Source of the DNA: Chiloscyllium plagiosum
Taxonomy: Eukaryota
Assembly: GCF_004010195.1 (NCBI RefSeq)
Contig: NC_057718.1
Span: forward strand, 12,063,950-12,107,731
DNA length: 43,782 nt
Reading direction: 5' to 3'
Position numbers and translations under genes: made by a program
Notes under the pieces: model-generated
Database searches by the model: none
Seen by the model: the letters and a program-made list of their open reading frames with translations, nothing else
What the model was told of the DNA's origin: nothing
Shown here: in pieces, positions 13,071 through 25,441 of the stretch
Position numbering within the stretch: the stretch's first letter is position 1
Layout of the letters: the number at the start of each line of letters is the position of its first letter

Positions 13071-13428
13071 GAGCCCCAGCATTTATCTTGTCAGTATAAT
13101 GCATTTTACATCCCACATCAGCTTTCCTCTGAATGAGGCTGTTAGGAAAATCTGGAATCTTCAAAGTTGGTCATCAAATCAATTCATGTTGAGTACAATG
13201 GAGAAGAGAAATTTTCTGCACAGTCAATGAATTGATAGAGTTTCCGAACAGATAGTTCTCACCAAACATTTTTGGCATAATTACAATCAGCTTAAATTTA
13301 TCCCTACCTCTCACTATCAACTTGCCAGTGATATGAAAGTCAAACACAGGCTCTCTCAAAATATGCTCTAGGTGCTGATTACCTTTTAATTTCTACATTT
13401 AAGATACAGTGGAGACAGCAGGACAGGA

Positions 13429-13674
13429 GGGAGACCATGGCATAGTGGCAATGTTACAGGATTAGTGATCCAGAGTCCCAGAATAAGGCACTGCAGTAAC
13501 AGGCTCAAATCCCACCACAGCAAATTACCATCCTTACCTGGTCTGGCTTAAAGTGACCCTAGACTCACAGCAATGTGAAATAGTCAGGTATGCGATACAA
13601 TTCAAGGCCAATTAGGGATGTGCATCACATCCTGGCTATGCCAATGATAACTACATCCCATTAACAAAAAAAAA
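13429..13674 (+). mobile_element. tRNA-headed bipartite SINE (5' end plus 3' end of the LINE at 18473-21425)
   Basis: A box TGGCATAGTGG 13438-13448, B-box-like GGCTCAAATCC 13502-13512. Body CCATCCTTACCTGGTCTGGC..AGACTCACAGCAATG matches ~18679-18727; tail CAAGGCCAATTAGGGATG..CATCCCA plus A-run matches ~21353-21425. Confidence 0.75.
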
Positions 13675-14729
13675 GAAAACAATGTGGAGTATAGATCATG
13701 TAAGCTGAATGGCCAATGATTATAGGTTTATGATCAATGGTAGAAATATTCCATCCTTTTTATAACAGTGTCTGTGCATTGTAGTCCAACTATGCTTCAC
13801 TAAGGTCTTGTAATTTACCTCATCTAACCACTTTCTGTTGAATGTAATGCCTCTAGATACTGAGCCATGAGTTCTATTTGCTCTCTTAAAATATTCTGTT
13901 CTTCTTAAAATGTCAAAATCTTTTTTGTAACAGCTGTTTTTTTCTAGCAGTTAAATGGAATTCCTCAACACATACAGGTCAGTAAATAGTTATTCTATAA
14001 ATATATTACAAAAAGAATAAAGTGAGGTTTCAACATTCACACACGCTTTTTGCTTTATCTCTTAGGAGAGATTATGCAGGTTGAACGAATCTATCTTAGG
14101 TATTTCAACAAAACAGAAAACTATTCTCAGAGGAAATAAAATAAGATTGAAACCAGGTTTTTGGTAAGCCTTGGGTACAACATTTTTCCATCATTATACG
14201 GTAGCACAGTGCAGACAAACTGCAGAATGGAAACATACTTCTCATTCTTTTCCACCTTTTACCAACTACTCACTGATACAACAGATGCTTCCTCCCAGTG
14301 CAAGCAAGACCTCTCTCCTTGTAAGGATAAGAGCAGGCAGAATTTATAACCACAATATTCCTTTGATGGATAAATGTTCCATTCCGTAACTGCCATATCA
14401 AATCCTAACACATCTGTAATAACAATTAGTGTTACTTGCTACTGGCTTGCTGCTGCTCTCAATGTACAATAACCTAATTCAACTTTACATTCTGCTTAGA
14501 TAGTTAAAATGTGAAGTAGTGTGTCATATTTGGTTAACCAGCAAGTATTAGCATATTTATTTAAGAACTGCTTTCACTCTGGGTCCCTAGCAATACTAGA
14601 ATGAAAACCTTTAGCTTTCCTGATCTAACCCAACACCAAAGAGCATTAACATCCTATGAGAAGGCAAGTCTCTTTAATTAAACTTTTAATTGACTTATTT
14701 CTTAAGAAGAAGGAAAATGTTTTTTTTTA

Positions 14730-14878
14730 AATTCATTTATGAGATATGGACATCACTTATTTCCCAACCCTACTTGCCCTTTAGAAGGTGGTAGCAAGTT
14801 GCATTCTTGAACTGCTGCAGTCTATTTGGTGCAAGTATACCCATAATGCCATTAGGGAGGAAGTTCTAGGACTTAACT
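14730..14878 (-). mobile_element. Decayed 3' end of the same LINE family
   Basis: TTGCCCTT.AGAAGGTGGT...TTCTTGAACTGCTGCAGTC is the reverse complement of the tail at ~3450-3500 and ~21310-21370. Confidence 0.6.
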
Positions 14879-15662
14879 ACTAATAGATTGTAATACAAAT
14901 GCTAATATGACCAATAACTAAATTAAGTCCTTAATTTTATAAACTTAATATCAGAAGTAGGAGTAAGAATACATGTTACAATTTCTTTGTTATCATGACT
15001 CATTGGAGCAGCGCACCAGAAATCAAGACTATTCCTGGAGTCATTGCAAATATGAAAATTTAATCAATAGCCCAATTTCACCTAATTGTCTAATTCAGAT
15101 TAAAAGAATATGCACTCCAAGTTTTTCACATTAACAAGAAAAATAACTATTTCTTATAACTAAAGTTTTTATGAAGGAAACATGAATTGCTAACTTATTA
15201 CCCCATGACTTAAACTCTACAGTTTTTAAAATTTCCATCCACATACAAACAGATATACAAAAAGACAAGGCAAGACACAAATATTAATGTGTGGGGGAGA
15301 ATACAGAAAATCAGAGAAGCATAGTTCTGGCACCAGTACATATCACAGATAGCAATAAGTTGTTTTCTTTTGGCTTTCAGCTTTCTTTCAACTCCTTCCA
15401 TTTCTTTGCTGATGATACAATGTTGTGGATACACAGATTCCAGACTTTCATTCACTGGTTGAGGATTCACCCTGCTAGTGCCTCTGAAGATAGTTTTAGC
15501 CTGTTTCCTTTCAACAGGGGGTTTGCATTGAGAACAACTTACAGAGAAAGATGAGGGAGAGTAGCTAGCTGCTGGGGATTTTCTGTCACTTCTTCACACA
15601 GAAGGGAGAGAGCAAGGTGGATACTTTCTATTCACAGGTTGAATGTTCACAATGCCACCAAT

Positions 15663-16158
15663 TGAGACGTGATTGATCTCAATTATTTTATATATGGACG
15701 ACTGATTATGTTCTGGAGGTGCTCTAGAAAACTTAAGGCATGAAGAGAGGGCATTTGGCATGTTTTTGGCATGTTTGCCCATTCTTTCATTTGTGCTCAG
15801 AAAGCTTTTAAATGCTCCAACGCAACTTTACATGCTGTTGTTACTTTCTCTAGAAACGCGTACGTATAATCCAACATCAAAGAACTGTCTTTTTATCTTA
15901 AGAACTTCTTCTTAATCGATTTTAATGAAACTCTTGTCTCGTGGCCATAATGAATAAAGAAGTAAGATAGTAATAAAATAGTAACTATCCCAATCCTGCA
16001 GGCATTCATAACAATAGGATTCCACCATGATATTCAGAGTATGATGATATCTCTCCAAATTTCCCTGTTTGGGGATGAGACGTGATTGATCTCAATTATT
16101 TTATATATGGACGACTGATTATGTTCTGGAGGTGCTCTAGAAAACTTTAGGCATGAAG
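15663..16158 (+). repeat. 83-bp direct repeat pair (15663-15745 and 16076-16158), one mismatch
   Basis: TGAGACGTGATTGATCTC...AGAAAACTT(A/T)AGGCATGAAG occurs twice, 413 bp apart start to start. Confidence 0.95.
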
Positions 16159-16242
16159 TTACAACTTTGCTCATTTGTATTTCAATTCATTGCCCATAAT
16201 AAGTATAAAACTGAGTTAACTGTTTAACCATCTTAGCTGCAA

Positions 16243-16426
16243 TGCTGCGGTTTCCTCCCACAGTCCAAAGATGTGCGGATCAGGTGAACTGGCCATGCTA
16301 AATTGCCCAAAGTGTTAGGTGCATTAGTCAGAGGGAAATGGGTCTGGGTCTATTACTCTTCGGAGGGTCGGTGTGGACTGGTTGGACCAAAGGGCCTGTT
16401 TCCACACTGTAGGGAATCTAATCTAA
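16243..16426 (+). mobile_element. 5'-truncated HE1-type (V-SINE) copy
   Basis: GGTTTCCTCCCACAGTCCAAAGATGTGC V-domain, CR1-like tail and (AATCT)n; similar to the adjacent full copy. Confidence 0.88.
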
Positions 16427-16428
16427 AA

Positions 16429-16747
16429 GGGGCGGCATGGTGGCTCAGTGGTTAGCACTGCTGCCTCACAGCACCAGGGTCCTAGGTTTGATTCCAGCCT
16501 TGGGTGACTCTCTGTGTGGAGTTTGCATATTCTCCCAGTGTCTGCATGGGATTCCTCCGGGTGCTCCGGTTTCATCCCACAGTCCAAAGATGTGCAGGCT
16601 AGGTGAATTGGTCATGCTAAATTGCCCATAGAGTTACGTGCATTAGTTAGGGGGAATGGGTCTGGGTGGGTTACTCTTCGGAGGGTCGGTGCGGACTAGT
16701 TGGGGCCGAAGGGCCTGTTTTCACACTGTAGGGAATCTAATCTAATC
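16429..16747 (+). mobile_element. Full-length HE1-type SINE (tRNA head, V-domain, CR1/HER1-like tail)
   Basis: A box TGGCTCAGTGG, B-box-like GGTTTGATTCC, TGTGTGGAGTTTGCA..GGTGCTCCGGTTTC.TCCCACAGTCCAAAGA, tail GGGCCGAAGGGCCTGTTT..(AATCT)n. Confidence 0.92.
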
Positions 16748-17207
16748 ATCCTCAAAGCAAACGCCACTGGAAATCAGGTGGTCAAATCCATAATTGTGTC
16801 TACTGATGTCCTGATTTTGCTTTTGATAATGACTCTACATAGTCCACTAATACTCAACTAAATGATTCTTAATAAACTGGCATGGCTATCAAAGATGCTG
16901 GTTTAATTACATGTTTTGATTTTTCTACTACCTGAGATGTAGGGCAAGTTTTACAGTGTCACACAACATCCTTATAACGTCTCAGTCAGGTAAAATACCT
17001 GTTTATCAATGTTTGAGTTTTCCTTATCTCTACATATCCAGTCATAGGCATTCCACATGCTACTCATTATATCTCCTAACAATACATAGGTGGCACTGCC
17101 ATTTGATGAACCACCATCCATTTCCCATCCAAACTCCATTTTTAATATAACTCCAGAATTCCCTTAGCCTCAGCTTTAGTGTGAGCCATCTGTGCTGACT
17201 TATTTAA

Positions 17208-17345
17208 GTCTGGAATAAAATCAGAAATTGCTTGGAGCAACTTAGCAATTCTCCCTCCACAGATGCTGCCAGATCTGCTGAGTTTCTCCAGAAGTTTCAG
17301 TTTTGATTTTAGATTTCCAGCCTTCAGGTTTTTTTTGCTTAATTT
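17208..17345. mobile_element. Old PLE terminal-repeat remnant with partial inverted arm (similar remnants at ~6795-6870, 8385-8470, 27878-27978, 34490-34590)
   Basis: CTCCACAGATGCTGCCAGATCTGCTGAGTTTCTCCAG motif shared with 7497-7527, preceded by a reverse-oriented AAAATCAGAAATTGCTTGGAG arm. Confidence 0.6.
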
Positions 17346-18472
17346 CAGTCTAGATCAGATTCCAGAGTCTCAATTAATGAAAACATGCCAAATACCTCCA
17401 TTTAATTATCACCCTCTTTTAGGAAAACTTTGGCTATGCTAACATCTGCTTGTGGTAGTACTTTGACCTGTAGTGATGGGCATTAGTTAGCCATTACTCA
17501 GGTTACTATATGCAATGGAAAGATACTTGGAATCTGTTCCTGAAACTGTTCTGTCACTTTAACCTCATTTGGATTTGCTGTGACTATGAGCAAAACTAAA
17601 ATGTTTACTACAATCAAATCATTTCACAGGAGTATGTCAACTCTGTCCACTGATAATTTTTGAACAACTCCAAATAGCTGTTCCAGACAATACATCACAC
17701 ACCAATTTGACTTTGCACAATGGAACCAGGATGCTTTCTTCATATATCTCTCTTATGAAAATCTCAGTTTCCATTTTAGGTTCTGGACAGAAAATTGGAT
17801 CCTTCTCTAACAAAAGAGTCTGAGTAGTTTCTGTACCCCTTAATATAATTATGGGTTAGCTGCATCATATGAAGAAATAGGGGTTGTCTTCCCTTTGGAC
17901 AAATACGCTTCCTGTCTCACATCTACTTTATTCTCATTCTCAGTCATTCTCATACCCTCGATCCTTCTCAAGTTTATAGGAGTGACAGGAAAAAAAATAG
18001 TTTTATCGATGGCTTATAATCATCAGAAATTACTTTTGTCTGTTGAATACTCACAACCTTTTGGTCTGCAACATGGGTTCTTGTTATTGAAGGTAATAGG
18101 TTTTTAATTCTTCCAAAAGAACAATATGCCTGAGAGCTTCATATATGGTTTCAACTCCAAACACTCATATCCACCTGTCAAAATTACTTTGTGTAATTCA
18201 AAGGAGGTTTGAACAGGCTAATTCCTTAAATGCATATAAGGGATTATCAACTCTGAGCTAAGGTATTGGCCCAGTACTTGCTGCACTAACAATACTTAGG
18301 ACAAACGTAACTATGCCAACATTGTGCTCCACCAGCCCTCAATTGGCAAATTTACATCAAGATTAGCTGGGAAACTTATTTTAATTCCCTGCAGAGAGCA
18401 GAATGGGAATAGAAACAATGCAGAGCATGTCCAACATAATGAGAATGTCATTATGCCTCTCCAGTTAAATAA

Positions 18473-21425
18473 GGGGAGGCAATGGCCGAGGGGCATTATT
18501 GCTAGACTATTAATATTCTGGGGACCCAGGTTTGAATCCAACAACAGGTGGAAGTTGAATTCAATTAAAAAAAATCTGGAATTAAGATTCTACTGAATCT
18601 ACTGTTGACCATGAAAACATTGTTGATTGTCGGAAAAGCCCATTTCTTTCGCTAATATCCTTTAGGGAAGAAAATCTGCCATACTCACCTGGTCTGGCCT
18701 ACATGTGACTCCAGACCCACAGCATTGCCCTCTCAATGGCCTAACAAGCCATTCACTTGTACAAATTGCTACATTGTCTCAGATAATGAAACCATATGGA
18801 TCGCCCGGCATTAATCTAGGCACCAGAAAGGGCAACAGCACAAACAGCCCTGTTGACCCTGCAAGGTCCTCCTTACCAACCTCTGGGGGTTAGTGCCAAA
18901 ACTCCTGTCAGGCAACAGACCAAAAGAGTCATACTCATGGAATCACACTTTATAGACAATGTCCCAGACACCATCATCATTATCTCTGCATATATCTTCA
19001 ATATAAAGCAGCATAGTGGTATACAGTTAGAAGGGAGTTGCCCTGGCAGTCCTTAACATTGACTCCGGCTCATAGCTTCAGGTTAAACATGGGCGAGGAA
19101 ACCTCCTGCTGATTACCACGTCTCGTCCTCCCTTGGCTGATGAATCGATACTCCTTCATGCTGAACAACACTCAGAGGAAGCATGGAGAATGGTGAGGGC
19201 ACAAAATGTACTTTGGGTGGGGGATTGCAAGGTTCACAATCAAAAGTGGCTCGGCAACAGTATTACTGATTGAGCTGGTTGAGTCCTAAAGAACATAGCT
19301 GCTAGACTGGGTCTGCAGCAGGTGGTGAGGGAACCAACAAGAGGGAAAAACATACTTGACCTGAGCCTCACCAATCTATCAGCTGCAGATGTATCTGTCC
19401 ATGACATTATTGGTAAAAGTGACCATCACCACAGTCCTTGTGGAGACAAAATCACACTTTCCCATTGAGAATAACCTCCATCATATCCACCATCATAACC
19501 TCCAGCATATTCCTAGCTCAACGATTACCGTCAAGTCAGGGGATCAACTCCGGGTCAATGGAGAATGCAGGAGGGCATGCCAGGAACAGCACCAGGCACA
19601 CCTGAAAATGAGATGTCAAACAGGTGAAGCTAAAAAACAGGGCTACTTACATGCCAAACAGCATAAGCAACAAGTGACAGACAGAGCTAAGTGATCTCAT
19701 AAACAACGGAATCAGATCTAAGCTCTGCAGTCCTGCCACATCTACTTGTGAATGCTGGTGGACAATTAAACAACTCACTGGAGGAGGAGGCTCCACAAAT
19801 ATCTCCAACCTCAATGATGGAACAGCCCAGCACATCAGTGCAAAAGATAAGGCTGAAGGTTTTGCAGCAATCTTCAGCCAGAAGCGCCGGGTGGATGATC
19901 CATTTCGGCCTCCTCCAGTGATCCCCAGCATCACAGATACCAGTTTTCAGCCAATCAATTCACTCCATGTGATATTAAGAGACAGTTGGAGACACTGGAT
20001 ACTGTAAAGGCTATGGACTCTTGACAACATTCCGGCAATAGTACTAAATTGTGCTCCAGAACTTGCCACTCCCCTATCCAAATTCTCTCCCCTATCCAAG
20101 CTGTTTCAGTATAGTTATAACACTGGCACCAACATGACAATGTGCAAAATTGCCTAAGTATGACCCCTATCTAAAAAGTAGGACAAATCCAATCCAGCCA
20201 CTTACCACCCCATCAGTCTACTCTTGATCATCAGTAAAGTGATGGAAGATGTCATAAATAGCACTATCAAGCAGTACCTGCTCAACAATAACCTACTCAG
20301 TTACAGCCACGCAGCTCCTGATCTCATTACAGCCTTGGTTCAAACATGGACAAGAGAGCTGAATTCCATAAGTGAGGTTAGAGTAACAGCCCTTGACATC
20401 AAGGTGTCCAAGCAAAATTGGAATCAATGGGTATTGGGGGAAAGCTCTCTGGTGATGGAGTCATACCTAACACATAGGAAGATGATTGTGGTTGTTGGGG
20501 GTCAGTCATCTCTGGACCAGGACATCTCTGCAGGAGTTCCTCGGGGTAGTGTCCTAGCCCCAACTATCTTCAGCTGCTTCATCAATGACCTTCCTTCCAT
20601 CATAAGGTCAGACGTGAGGATGGTTGCCAATGATTGCACTTCGTTCAGCACCATTCGTGATTCCTCAGATACTGAAGCAGTCCACCTTCAAATGCAACAA
20701 GATCTGGACAATATCCAGGCTTGAGCTGACAAGTGGCAAGTAATATTCACCACCACTCAAATGCCAGACTTTGATCATCACCAATAAGAGACAGTCTAAC
20801 CACCACTCCTTGACATTCAAAGATGTTACCATCACTGAATCCTCCACTGCCAACATCATTGACCAAAAACTCAACTAGATTTGCCACATAAACACAGTGA
20901 CAACAAAAACAGATCAGAGGCTAGGAAAACTGTATTGAGTAACTCACCTCCTGACTCCCTAGGCCTGTCCATCATCTACAAGCCTGACACCATCCAAACA
21001 AAACAGCCCACTTGATTGGCACCACATCCATAAGCATCCACTCTCTCCACCACCAAAGCTCAGTAGCAGCAGTGTGTACTATCTACAAGATGCACTGCAG
21101 AAATTCACCATAGATCTTCAGACAGCACCTTCCAAATCTGCAACCACTTCCATCTACAAGGACAAAGGCAGCAGATATATGGGAACATGACCCCCTTCAA
21201 GCTCTCCTCCAAACCACTCACCATCCTGACTTGGAAATATACTGCCATTCCTTCTCTGTCACTGCTCAAAATCCTGGAATTCCTCGCATTGTGGATCAAC
21301 CCACAGCAGGTAGACTATAGCAGTTAATGAAGGCAGCTCACCACCACCCACTCAAGGGCAACTAGGGATGGGCAATAAAGGCTGGCCACCCGCAACACCC
21401 ATATCCCACAAATGAATTTTAAAAA
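18473..21425 (+). mobile_element. Near full-length decayed CR1-group LINE with a tRNA-like head, APE endonuclease and RT; no ORF1 visible
   Basis: A-box-like TGGCCGAGGGG 18483-18493, B-box-like GGTTTGAATCC 18529-18539. APE motifs LTNLWGL, VILMESH, TTSRPP, WVGDCKVH, EPTRGKNILDL, KSDHH (~18870-19430). RT motifs TALDIK, SAGVPRGSVLAPTIFSCFINDL, MVANDCT (ORF 20224-20724). Tail GGGATGGGCAATAAA..ATCCCAC.AATGAAT. Confidence 0.88.
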
Positions 21426-21539
21426 TCAGCTTTAATTATTACCTTGTTATTCGCTATCTACAAGTTTTAAAGCTTTGCTTCAGATCCAATACTGGTAGGT
21501 TTATTTTACAGATTCAGGTTTTTGGCACTTTAATTCTTA

Positions 21540-21749
21540 CCTGAAAAATGTGTTGCTGGAAAAGCGTAGCAGGTCAGGCAGCATCCAAGGAGCAGGAGAA
21601 TCGACGTTTCGGGCATAAGCCCTTCTTCAGGAAGCTTATGCCCGAAATGTCGATTCTCCTGCTCCTTGGATGCTGCCTGACCTGCTGCGCTTTTCCAGCA
21701 ACACATTTTTCAGCTCTGATCTCCAGCATCTGCAGTCCTCACTTTCTCC
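21540..21749. mobile_element. Foldback PLE terminal-repeat insertion with 14-bp target-site duplication
   Basis: CACTTTAATTCTTA at 21526-21539 and 21750-21763; inverted arms 21541-21633 and 21634-21713; 36-nt tail 21714-21749. Confidence 0.93.
21601..21632 (-). ncRNA. Minimal hammerhead ribozyme core (intact core, weak helix I)
   Basis: Minus strand CTGAAGA-A-GGGC-TTAT-GCCC-GAAA-CGTC (21630 to 21603). Confidence 0.7.
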
Positions 21750-22589
21750 CACTTTAATTCTTATATCCATTTAACTGATGTACATTCTGATTTAGTAGTT
21801 GCTACACATGGATTAGTGCTAAATTCAGAGTTAAGCTACTCTCATTTCTTCACAAAAGTCATGAATTAGTTGAGCTCTTCTCCACCCAACCCAATGAACA
21901 AACGAAAAGCAGGTGATAAACCTCAGGTCTGAAATGATAGGTTCCCTTGAATTTTCGGTACTTGCATAGAGTTTCCTCCCCAAAGCCAAATTGAAAGGAA
22001 GTTCTGTCAAACAGAGGAAAGGGATTAAAACTCTTTGAGTCCAAAAATCATGGAATGGAAATGATTAAAATGACTATTGGGGAGCTCATTTTTACCTTGC
22101 ATTCTTACTGTTGAATTATGTCCTTGAAGATTTTATTTTAAATCTGTTTCTTTCTTTCCCTTTGAATGTTACCTTTGACTTTCTTCTCAGTATATCTCCT
22201 TGCAGTGTACACCCTGTAAGCCTCCCTCACACTTTAAAGGAGGCCCTCCAAGCAAAGAATGGGTCTCTACTATTCAAATTATTTGCAATCAATGAATTAC
22301 ATGGGAGTAGCACAGTGTGAGTTCGCTTTTGATTTTTCTTCATTTCCTGTCAGAGTTTCCTTTAGGTTAACAGTTCAGCTTCACTTGGTTCCCTATAGAG
22401 AAGCTGAGATATAAAACTCTTAGACTCGCCATATGAAGATCAGACTTACGCTGTACTAACGAAAAGCAAATTCCTTTTGATCTAGAATCAGTTCTAATAA
22501 TGACACCATGATAGTGGGAAAACAGATGAAGGGTGCAGCTTTGGCCAAGCGGGAAAGTACCCCACTAAATGATCTTACCAATGGGCAGC

Positions 22590-22830
22590 TATCCTCATGG
22601 TTATGTTACTAGGTAGATAGTCCTGAGCCTTGGAATAATAATCCAAAGAATTTGAGGTCGAATCCAATGTGGCAGTGAGGAGTATTTGAACCTAGGTTAA
22701 AATGAATTGGGAAATGAAAAGCAGGAAAAGTGATCATAAAACTGTCAGACTGTTGTAATGTCCCAATCCTTTAAGGAACGATAGACCAGTTCTTCACCAA
22801 GGTAGCTGACTTTTAGCTGCCCTCTAGCAA
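22590..22830 (+). mobile_element. Older relative of the tRNA-headed SINE/LINE 5' region
   Basis: B-box-like GGTCGAATCC, then GTGATCATAAAACTGTC.GA.TGTTGTAA, TCCTTTAAGGAA and CTGCCCTCT, paralleling 18530-18740. Confidence 0.5.
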
Positions 22831-25352
22831 GACTTTCATTGGCATCACCAGCTTCCCTTGCTTGAGAAGGACAATAGCTGTCCAGTAAAGTATCCAAGAC
22901 AATCTAACTGTGGGTGTGGGCACCATCAACATTTAATTTGCTTAACTAATTCAAAAGAAGGAAAGGTTGATGTGGTAAAATGAAGTAAAATGAGAGGCAG
23001 TCTGTGTGGAGAAACGTAGGTACAGAAGTTTGGATCACATACACAAGACAATTTTCTGATTCAGTATGTGGACATACCTAGGAGAGAAGGTGCAAAACTT
23101 GACCTACTCTTGGGAAATAAGGCAGAGCAGGTGACTGAGGTGTCAGTGGGGGAGCACTTTGGGCCCAGTGACCATAATTCTATTAAAATAGTGATGGAAA
23201 AGGATAGACTGGATCTAAAAGTTAGAATTCTAAATTGGAGGAAGGCCAATTTTGATGGTATTAGGCAAGAACTTTCAAAAGTTGATTGGGAGCAGATGTT
23301 TGCAGGTAAAGGGACGGCTGGAAAATGGGAAGCCTTCAGAAATGAGGTAAGAGTCCAGAGACAGTATATTCTTGTTAGGGTGAAGAGCAAGGCTGGTAGA
23401 TGTCATGAATGCAGGATGACTAGAGAAATTGAAGTTTGGTTAAGAATAAGAAGGAAACATATAGCAGATATAAAGAGCAGAAAGCGCGAGTTTTCCTATA
23501 AGTGTATAAAAGCAGTAGGAGGGAAATCAAGAGGGCAAAAAGGAGATATGAGATCGCTTTGGCATATAGATTTAAGGAGAATCCAAAGGGATTCTACAAA
23601 CACATTAAGGACAAAAGGGTAATTACGAAGAAAATTGGGCCCTGTAAAGATCAGCATGGCCACCTATGCGCAGAATCGCAGAAAATCGGGGAGGTACGAA
23701 ATGAGTATTTTGCATTAGTGTTTACTGTGGAGAAGGATATGGAAAATAGAGAACATGGGGAAATAAATAGCGACATCTTGAAAAGTGTCCATATTACAAG
23801 GGAAGAGTTGCTGGACATCTTAAAATGCATAAAGGTGGATAAATCCCCCAGCCTGATCAAGCGTACCCCAGAACTCTGTGGGAAACTAGGGAAGAGAATG
23901 CTGGGCCCCTTGCTGAGATATTGTATCATCAATAGCTCAAGGCAAGGTGCCGGAAGACTGGATGTTTGGCTAACATGGTGCCACTATTTAAGAAAAGTGG
24001 TAGGGAGCAATAGACTGGTGAGCCTGAATCTGTGGTGGTCCTGAGGGACAGAATTTACATGTATTTGGAAAGGCAAGGATTGTTTAGAGATAGTCAACAT
24101 GGCTTTGTGCATGGGAAATCATGTTGATTGAATTTTTTGAAGAAGTAACGAAAAGGATTGATGAGGGCAGAGCAGTGGACGTGATCTATATGGAATTCAG
24201 TAACACATATAACAAGGTTCCTCAGGGTAGACTAGTTAGAAAGGTTAGATCACATGGAATAGCTGGACAACTAGCTATTTTGATGTAGAACTGGCTTGAA
24301 GGTAGAAGACAGTGGGTGGTAGTGGAGAGTTGCTTTACAGATTGGAGGCCTGTGACCAATGCAGTGCCACAAGGATCAGTGCTGGGTCCACTACTTTTCG
24401 TCATTTATATAAATGATTTGAATGTGAACGTAAGAGGAATGGTTAGTAAGTTTGCACATGACACCAAAATTGGTGCTGTAGTGGACAGCAAAGAAGGTTA
24501 TCTCAGAGTATAGTGGGATCTTGATCAGATGGGCCAATGGGCTAAGGGGTGGCAGATGGAGTTTAATTTAAATAAAGGTGAGGTGCTGCATTTTGGAAAG
24601 GCAAATCAGGGCAGCATTTATACATTTAATGGTAAGATTCTGGGAAGTGTTGTTGAACAAAGAGACCTTGGAGTGCAGGTTCATAGTTCCTTGAAAGTGG
24701 AATCACAGGTAGATAGGAAAGTAAAGAAGGCATTTGGTATGCTTTCCTTTATTGATCAGTGCACTGAGTATCGGAGTTGGGAGGTCATATTGCAGCTGTA
24801 CAGGACATTGGTTAGACCACTATTGGAATATTGCATTCAATTCTGGTCTCCTTGTTTTAGGAAGGATGTTGTGAAACTTGAAAGGGTTCAGAAAAGGTTT
24901 AGAAGAATGTTGCTAGGGTTGAAGGAATTGAGTGATAGAAAAAGGCTGAATAGATTTGAGCTATTTTCCCTGGAGCATTGGAGAATGAGGGGTGACCTTA
25001 TAGAGGTTTGTAAAATCAGGAGGGGCATGAATAGAGTAAATTTACGAGGTCTTTTCCCCAGGGTCTATCCAAAACTAGATGGTATAGGTTTACGGTGAGA
25101 GGTGAAAGATTTAAAAGGGATCTAATGGTCAAGCTTTTCAAGCAGTGGGTGGTGCACATATGGAATAACCTGCTAAAGGAAGTGGTGGAGGTTGGTACAA
25201 TTACAACATTTAAAAGGCATCTGGATGGGTATATAAGTAAGATGGGTTTAGAGGGAAATGGAGAAAGTGAGGTCTGCAGATGCTGGAGATCAAAGTTGAA
25301 ACTTTATTGCTGGAACAGCACAGCAGGTCAGGCAGCATCCTGGGTACAGGAG

Positions 25353-25388
25353 ATTCGACGTTTCGGGCACAGGCCCTTCTTCAGGAAT
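25353..25388 (-). ncRNA. Minimal type-I hammerhead ribozyme motif
   Basis: Minus strand ATTC-CTGAAGA-A-GGGC-CTGT-GCCC-GAAA-CGTC-GAAT; helix I ATTC/GAAT, helix II GGGC/GCCC, GUC cleavage triplet. Confidence 0.8.
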
Positions 25389-25401
25389 GTGTCCTTATAA
25401 A

Positions 25402-25441
25402 AGATTCCTGAAGAAGGGCCTGTGCCCGAAACGTCGAATCT
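25402..25441 (+). ncRNA. Minimal type-I hammerhead ribozyme motif with perfect 6-bp helix I
   Basis: AGATTC-CTGAAGA-A-GGGC-CTGT-GCCC-GAAA-CGTC-GAATCT; predicted cleavage 3' of C25435; helix III reduced to the palindrome ACGT. Confidence 0.82.

Noticed and set aside
16429..16500. tRNA genes at A/B-box sites
   Set aside because: All are SINE or LINE heads running into repeat bodies; I could not see a full cloverleaf.
21540..21749. Foldbacks as MITEs or miRNA genes
   Set aside because: Arms are asymmetric, duplication lengths vary, and the sequence matches the 3' end of an RT/GIY-YIG element.
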